Shown here piece after piece: positions 58,353 through 64,000 of a stretch of 64,000 nt of DNA (positions are counted from its first letter, which is position 1; every line of letters begins with the position of its first letter). Below the pieces are notes generated by a model. The model was not told the DNA's origin. It saw only the letters and a list, made by a program, of their open reading frames with translations, and searched no databases. Source of the DNA: Promethearchaeota archaeon (GTDB lineage: Archaea; Asgardarchaeota; Heimdallarchaeia; Hodarchaeales; Hodarchaeaceae); the NCBI GenBank assembly GCA_048938105.1, contig JBHLMN010000006.1, positions 32,001 to 96,000 on the forward strand. Reading direction: 5' to 3'. The position numbers and the translations under genes were made by a program.

Positions 58353-61300
58353 ATGGAAGGTAAAGACTCTTCCCGCAATTGTCCAAATTGCGGAGTACCA
58401 TTATTACCACGAGCGAAATTTTGTACTCAATGCGGTACAAAAATAGAAGCTGCAAGGATATTATGTCCTTCGTGTTCTAAAGAACTTGAATTGGACACTT
58501 GGTCCTGTCCTTATTGTGGCGCGCAGATTCCTAAAGAAGTTACTCCACCTCCAGATCATAAAATTCCTGAACCAGGCCAAAAACCCACTATAGAAACAGA
58601 TACAGCTCCTGTTACGACAACACCTAGTCAAGTCAGTACATTTGGAACACAACTACTAAGTTCTCTTAGAGAAAATATATCAACTGTCATTGTTGTGTTA
58701 GGTGCCCTTAGTATCATTGCTGCAATATCATTTACAATTATTGTCCTCCTACCAAGAGAATTAATTTCAGATGTTGAAATACCTCCTTTCGAAGGAATAA
58801 TCTTTGATTTATTTGTAATCTTAGGATTGATAGCATTAATAACAAAAGAATTAACAGTTTATCTTGGATATATACCTAAAAAGGAAACACTGGATAGATG
58901 GTTCTCTTTTGTGCTAATTCTCATTTTCTGGACCAATTTAATTACATTCAGTCTGGGATTAGTTGAAGTAAGTGTTTTTTTCCAATTCGGGCTAAATTTT
59001 ACCACAATGTTCGTATTTCTATCATTAGTGAATTTCTTAGTTAGTCTCCTATACTTTATGAGGTATAGAGAACCTCTTTTTTCTAGTACGTTTATCACTA
59101 CGATTATGAGTATTATATATTTACTACAATGGATTATCCCAATTGATATAACATCTTATACCATTCTAATCTTCTTGACAACCTTTGGTGTTATATTTGT
59201 TTCACAACAAACTAAAGATATGATTCTTTTCATTGGTTTGACCATCCTACTTCCCTTGATGTTTCTTTCCCCGTATCTTTTAAGCAACTCTATTGTGATT
59301 GCAATTATCATCCTGTTAGTCTCATTTCCTTATTTAAATGCAATCTTACAAAAATTTGTTATTAAAGAACCTGAAAAAAAGGATTTAATAATTAAATCTC
59401 TTGGAGACTTATGTAGTACCTTCGGAACACTTAATGTAGGATTTTCAGTTTTTTATGGTCATCTTCCCCCAATTCTTTCAATCGTAATACTCGCATTTCC
59501 TGTCATTGGTTTTATTATCTTGAAAGTAATACGCCCAAATTTTCAAAGATTACCTTTAAGAGACGGCTCTACTTCGGTGTTCTTATTATTCACATTGGTG
59601 TTCTTTGATTTTATAATCAAAGATTTATTAGTATTATTCGGAGTCGCTTTTCTTTTAATATTATATTCTACTTTTACAATTTTTGAATACGCTTCAATCC
59701 AACAACAAAATTTACAGCATTATGCTGAATTTTTTCTACTATTATCCTTACTTGTTGTCTCTTTAACAAACTTGCTCTTTCTCTGGAAGATTTGTCTATT
59801 ATTGATCCCTCTTTTAACTTTATTAATTTTAATTACACAGAAAAAGGCTATTAATCATCATGTGGCTCGTGGTTTCGTATTTGGATCTGAAATATTAATT
59901 TTGGTGGCTTTTCTACAAACACCAGCATTCGATTGGCCTGTGATCCCAATCTTTACCATTATTATAATAATAGGAGTTTCAATTATATTCATTTTTTATA
60001 AAGAGAATAGAAAAAATGAGTTTTCACTAGATTTGGCTGTTTTTTCACTGATTTCCGAAGGAACATTACTTGTGATGATGTTATGGACAAAAAGTAGTAT
60101 TGAAATGCTTTACCCTGCTATTATACTTCTTGCTTTAACTAGTATTATCACTATTAGTCAAATACGACAAAAAATCTCACCTAATTTCTTGTGGTTAAAC
60201 TCTACGTTTATAGTTTGTTTTGGTTTGATGACCTATTGGAATGAATTTGATATAAGATGGACGGTTTCTGTGACTTTTCTACTAATTCTTCCAATATTAA
60301 TTGAAGGTTTACTAGCAAAAAGTACCGAAAACCTTTCAGCTGCAGAGACAATTGTTAAAAACAGAAATCTAAACATATCGTTAACAGCAATTGGTTTAGC
60401 TTTAATAATACTTTTTGAAGAATTAGATCCTATAAGTCATGCTGTATTATTCTTGATAATTCCTATTGTATGGATAGCAATATATCTTTTCGATAAACTC
60501 AATTTCAACTCTGTTTCTGAATTGTTAATAATCGTATTCCCAGGAATTATCTTCACACTAGAAATGTTGCTTAAGCAGGAAATATTTACACCGATTACTG
60601 ATAATATGTACCTTTATCTGACATTAATTACATTTTCAATTCCTGTTATAGTATTACAGGTAGAACATTTTCTTTTAAGAAGAACCAAGATAACAATCAA
60701 CCCATTAATCATTGGAACAGCACTAGCATCTTTAATAATAATGGTCGCATTCTGGACGTATAAGTTCCAACCTGAAGAAAATCTGATGCTTGTTTTCGGA
60801 TTGATATTTGCTTTAATTATCTCAGTTTTCTTAATAAAATGGCAATATGAGTCCATATTGCTGCTATTAGTTTCATTCTTACCTTCAACGCTATATGCAG
60901 GCTATATTGATTTTCCTTCTACGTTTGCATTTCATTTAATTCCAATTTTCCCCATTTTATTTAACTTAATAATGGGACTCATATACATAAGGACTGACCT
61001 CTCAGCTAAGCTACATGAATTCTTAATGTTGATTTATTTTGGGATTTTTATTCTATTCAATCCAATTCAGATGATTGAATACACCACAGCTTTGTTTACA
61101 TTATTCTATACTAGCTGGCTCTTTCTTGGGCTTATAAAACGAAAAATTAGTCAAGTTGTGTTTATTTCAACAAATTTACTTAATTCTATTTTCGTACTTG
61201 TCCTCATGGTCTTTATAGATCCTCTCGTTTCTGAATTATTCATACAAGAACTGGGAATTGACCTTCCATTCAAAACCACTCTGATTAGTTTGACTCTGGT

Positions 61301-61907
61301 AATGATGGCCTTAGTGACACTTTTTCACATTATAAGCTGGCAATTAACTGAAAATACTATTGAGTATTCATTTCTGATGGCTTTTACCCTGATATTCAAT
61401 AGTTCAGCTTTTATACTATCATCAGTTCAATTCTTAATTAGAACGACAGAAATTACGCTTAATACCATTGTATTATGTATTTTATCAGGTTTTACTATCC
61501 TATTAATCCTCTTTCTAATTTCATATGCTAGAATCAAGAGATTAAAAACGGATATTTCACTTGCTTGCACCTATACTGCAGCTATTTGGGTACTCTTATC
61601 ATCAATTTATTTTCCAAATATTGAACTAGTTTTTCTTTGGTTATTTTTTGCTCCTTTAATGATATTGGTGTTTATATCTACACGAAAAAGAAAAGAAATT
61701 GTCCTATTGGGAATTATTTTCTATTTTTTTGTTGGCCTGAGATTAATTGAACATATACTCGAGTTTTTATTAGCTGGAACAACAGAATGGAGCACAATTT
61801 TTGGATTAATAATCTTTGGAATAGAATTGGTTTCATTAGGTATTTATTCATCGATATCTGCTAAAAAAATTAATAAAACAAATAATGAAGATGGTTTCTC
61901 AACCTAG
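58353..61907 (+). CDS. Double-zinc-ribbon + very large polytopic membrane protein (roughly 30 TM helices by eye)
   Basis: CPNC, CTQC, CPSC, CPYC in the first 56 aa; Pro/Thr linker; then ~1070 aa of near-continuous hydrophobic helices. Confidence 0.85.
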   Translation: MEGKDSSRNCPNCGVPLLPRAKFCTQCGTKIEAARILCPSCSKELELDTWSCPYCGAQIPKEVTPPPDHKIPEPGQKPTIETDTAPVTTTPSQVSTFGTQLLSSLRENISTVIVVLGALSIIAAISFTIIVLLPRELISDVEIPPFEGIIFDLFVILGLIALITKELTVYLGYIPKKETLDRWFSFVLILIFWTNLITFSLGLVEVSVFFQFGLNFTTMFVFLSLVNFLVSLLYFMRYREPLFSSTFITTIMSIIYLLQWIIPIDITSYTILIFLTTFGVIFVSQQTKDMILFIGLTILLPLMFLSPYLLSNSIVIAIIILLVSFPYLNAILQKFVIKEPEKKDLIIKSLGDLCSTFGTLNVGFSVFYGHLPPILSIVILAFPVIGFIILKVIRPNFQRLPLRDGSTSVFLLFTLVFFDFIIKDLLVLFGVAFLLILYSTFTIFEYASIQQQNLQHYAEFFLLLSLLVVSLTNLLFLWKICLLLIPLLTLLILITQKKAINHHVARGFVFGSEILILVAFLQTPAFDWPVIPIFTIIIIIGVSIIFIFYKENRKNEFSLDLAVFSLISEGTLLVMMLWTKSSIEMLYPAIILLALTSIITISQIRQKISPNFLWLNSTFIVCFGLMTYWNEFDIRWTVSVTFLLILPILIEGLLAKSTENLSAAETIVKNRNLNISLTAIGLALIILFEELDPISHAVLFLIIPIVWIAIYLFDKLNFNSVSELLIIVFPGIIFTLEMLLKQEIFTPITDNMYLYLTLITFSIPVIVLQVEHFLLRRTKITINPLIIGTALASLIIMVAFWTYKFQPEENLMLVFGLIFALIISVFLIKWQYESILLLLVSFLPSTLYAGYIDFPSTFAFHLIPIFPILFNLIMGLIYIRTDLSAKLHEFLMLIYFGIFILFNPIQMIEYTTALFTLFYTSWLFLGLIKRKISQVVFISTNLLNSIFVLVLMVFIDPLVSELFIQELGIDLPFKTTLISLTLVMMALVTLFHIISWQLTENTIEYSFLMAFTLIFNSSAFILSSVQFLIRTTEITLNTIVLCILSGFTILLILFLISYARIKRLKTDISLACTYTAAIWVLLSSIYFPNIELVFLWLFFAPLMILVFISTRKRKEIVLLGIIFYFFVGLRLIEHILEFLLAGTTEWSTIFGLIIFGIELVSLGIYSSISAKKINKTNNEDGFST

Positions 61908-61994
61908 TTACTGTAGAGATCGTTTTAGCAGAAAAAATGAATCAAATATTACAGTCATATCTGTAAAGAGTTTTTATAGTCAATCTAGGTAAGT

Positions 61995-63050
61995 TTGCTA
62001 AAAGCACTCTCCAAAGAAAAAACAGGAAATAGGACATTGGATAATAATACTCGGAGATTGTATCTTAATAATTGGGCTATACTTGCTGCGGAAAATGAAG
62101 CTAAATGGCACTTTGGTGATATCACGGAAGAAAGGCTTCTCCAAACATTATATTTTGTAAATGCGCTTAGCAAGCTCGGATCTGAGATCTTAGGACAGGT
62201 TATCGGTGTCATCAGACTGCATTATCCCAAGCTTCATCCTACACAAGCACGAGAAATCATGGTCGTCAATTTACTGAACAAATATAGCATTGTGATATCT
62301 GATCCTTTAGTTACGACCAGACTGATTAAGAAAATTGAATTAGAGTCAGGTTCTGCTCCTCCATTCGATGAAATGCGAAGCATTCTGGCTGGGGCTGCTT
62401 CTGTTATTTATTCTCAGTTTTATTCTGAGGAAGGTGATAGTAATGTTGTGGATAGGTTATTTCGGGAAGCGGTTAATGCAGTAACTTATAGTGAACATGT
62501 CACTGTAGGAAATGGAGAATGTTCATTTTCAGCACTGAGTTTTGAGGAGTTATTATTCTTTCATGCGCTCCTGAAGGAATTATTTGAAAACCACTTTTCA
62601 ATATTACACCCTGGTAAGCCTTGGGGAATTATGAGTTCAATTTCAGGAGCTCCAATATTTTTATCATATGATCCTCCTAGTGATGCAGCTTTAATAAGCT
62701 CTTTTTCCTCAGTTATTGCGAATTATTGCAATTTTCTTTTCAATGCCTCCCCAGCACGACTTGTTTTCGGAATTAATCCCATGTCCGCAATGGATTTTAT
62801 TGTCACTAAAGAAAATCTCTTTGTAATCAACAATCCGAGGAAATTATTTCGTTTACAACGATTTCAGCGGCTATGGAAGAAGGTTCCTTCAGAGGTTGCA
62901 CATGAACTTGCACCTGCAATGAAGGACTATTTTACTGAATTAATTCTTCAAGAACGGCATGAGAGATTTAAAAAACTAAAATTTCATCAGATCATTAATC
63001 TAATGACCCAAATGGGGATAAAACGAGCACGAAAATATAAATTACCCTAA
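61995..63050 (+). CDS. Soluble protein with probable tandem longin-like domains
   Basis: Two beta-beta-alpha-beta-beta-beta-like units. The second has GIMSSISGAPIFLSY...DAALISSFSSVIANYC. TTG start is uncertain. Confidence 0.55.
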   Translation: MLKALSKEKTGNRTLDNNTRRLYLNNWAILAAENEAKWHFGDITEERLLQTLYFVNALSKLGSEILGQVIGVIRLHYPKLHPTQAREIMVVNLLNKYSIVISDPLVTTRLIKKIELESGSAPPFDEMRSILAGAASVIYSQFYSEEGDSNVVDRLFREAVNAVTYSEHVTVGNGECSFSALSFEELLFFHALLKELFENHFSILHPGKPWGIMSSISGAPIFLSYDPPSDAALISSFSSVIANYCNFLFNASPARLVFGINPMSAMDFIVTKENLFVINNPRKLFRLQRFQRLWKKVPSEVAHELAPAMKDYFTELILQERHERFKKLKFHQIINLMTQMGIKRARKYKLP

Positions 63051-63080
63051 AATTTAGTATCTGATAAAATAGGGGTTAAT

Positions 63081-63245
63081 TCATTGATAATATTCTTCTT
63101 GTGCTATCTCTTTTCCGCAACGTTGACATTTATAAACACGAAATTCGTCATATTCATGTTTAGCAAACTCTCCTTTTGTAATTATCGACTGTTTTTGAGA
63201 GATTAATCTAAAAGAATGACCAAATATCAGGCATTTTAGACCCAT
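63081..63245 (-). CDS. Small zinc-binding protein, DUF1660-like (54 aa)
   Basis: KCLIFGH...YKCQRCGKE pattern. ATG 63245 has GAGG upstream. Confidence 0.65.
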   Translation of the reverse strand: MGLKCLIFGHSFRLISQKQSIITKGEFAKHEYDEFRVYKCQRCGKEIAQEEYYQ

Positions 63246-63261
63246 GAGAATAACGCATCCC

Positions 63262-63717
63262 TCAGATTGGAACAGAAACATCAGCAATAAGAGGATGAGT
63301 ACAATCTAAGAGCTCATCAATAGAAATTGATAGAAGTTTATTTGACGTTCCTCCACCAGCATATAACTGGGTGCTTTCTAGGCTTAATTCATCTAAAATG
63401 ATCGGTAAATCAACGCTGATAGGTGGAACATCCCCTACTTTGTAGCCTGTAACATTTTCAACTTGTTCAGGTGAAGCCAACTTAATATCTTTTACATGAA
63501 GCAAGTTTTTTAATTTCTTTGTTTTAATTTTGCGATTTCCTTGGAGAAGTACCAGATAAAATTCTTTCGTATCGGTCACAACAATAATTGATTTTATTAT
63601 TTCCTCTGGCATACAATTTAAGGCCTTTACACTCTCATTGACCGTTTTTGTAGAAGTCTTTAAAGAAATTATTTTCGCTGTAAGCCCATTTTCATCGATG
63701 TATTGCTGAAGTCGCAT
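63262..63717 (-). CDS. YbaK/EbsC/ProX aminoacyl-tRNA deacylase
   Basis: T.TV.E....L, IIKSI, LASPEQV..VTGY.VG.VPP, YAGGG. Confidence 0.9.
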   Translation of the reverse strand: MRLQQYIDENGLTAKIISLKTSTKTVNESVKALNCMPEEIIKSIIVVTDTKEFYLVLLQGNRKIKTKKLKNLLHVKDIKLASPEQVENVTGYKVGDVPPISVDLPIILDELSLESTQLYAGGGTSNKLLSISIDELLDCTHPLIADVSVPI

Positions 63718-63741
63718 CGTTGAACCCTCAAAACGGTATCA

Positions 63742-63999
63742 TTAACGTATTAATCCTCCAACAGCTGTAACTTGAATACCTTTCTCCTCTAATTTATCTA
63801 AGAGCGGATTAATTCCAATAGAATCAGAAGCAAGATGTCCTGTAATAAGAAGCTGTCCATGTTCTAATTTTAAAATCTGAAATAATTCTGCTGGCACAAT
63901 ATGAATATAAATAACTGTGTCAACTTTATACTGATAATAACAATCAGCAACATCAAAACCTCCATTAGTCAGCGCTCCATGACTAAAAATCCAATTCCC
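63742..63999 (-). CDS. C-terminal part of a NIF3-like metal-binding protein (5' end outside the window), not in ORF track
   Basis: ...HGALTNGG..VA..YY...VDTVIYIHI...LLITGHLASDSIGINPLLDKLEEKGIQV..VGGLIR*. Confidence 0.7.
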   Translation of the reverse strand, partial: GNWIFSHGALTNGGFDVADCYYQYKVDTVIYIHIVPAELFQILKLEHGQLLITGHLASDSIGINPLLDKLEEKGIQVTAVGGLIR

Positions 64000-64000
64000 T

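Noticed and set aside
1099-62212. Numerous 60-130 aa ORFs antisense to or nested in long genes (e.g. 11338..11700, 13978..14346, 17777..18163, 22469..22828, 25365..25721)
   Set aside because: Shadow ORFs overlapping well-supported genes, with no motifs or RBS.
1-64000. CRISPR array, rRNA, tRNA, IS/transposase, integrase, prophage
   Set aside because: No regularly spaced direct repeats, cloverleaf/T-loop signatures or mobility ORFs were found by eye. tRNAscan-SE, Infernal and CRISPR finders would be decisive.

Overview
AT-rich archaeal chromosomal segment, most consistent with an Asgard archaeon (probably Heimdallarchaeia). This placement is inferred from a Rab-like small-GTPase-fold gene, a probable tandem-longin protein, PGF-CTERM-like sorting signals, a geranylgeranyl reductase, and GGTGA/GAGGT RBS plus TATA-type promoters. 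No rRNA, tRNA, CRISPR array or transposase was recognised by eye. Layout: (1) 1-11.3 kb is a loosely packed accessory region with cytoplasmic beta-glucan enzymes (GH3, GH5, GH161-like phosphorylase), a TM-LRR protein, a frameshifted serine hydrolase and an SDR remnant. (2) 11.4-30 kb carries catabolic genes (cyclase, EutA, xanthine-dehydrogenase-family pair, acyl-CoA dehydrogenase, split FdrA + YlbE, SCP2/SDRs, peptidases) and a Rab-like pseudo-GTPase. (3) 30-49 kb has a heterodimeric ABC exporter, a 1533-aa repeat surface protein, uvrA, a non-Pyl MttB, tryptophanase and GGR. (4) 49-52.7 kb has three DNA methyltransferase-like genes with no nuclease. (5) 52.7-63 kb is the best candidate for an undescribed system. 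One arm has a 24-bp double-TTGCGCAA palindrome abutting the TATA box of a coiled-coil/wHTH - MinD/ParA - membrane-anchored-protein operon. It faces a divergent operon of surface proteins, a giant zinc-ribbon polytopic membrane protein and a probable double-longin protein. All family calls come from motif recognition; no searches were run.
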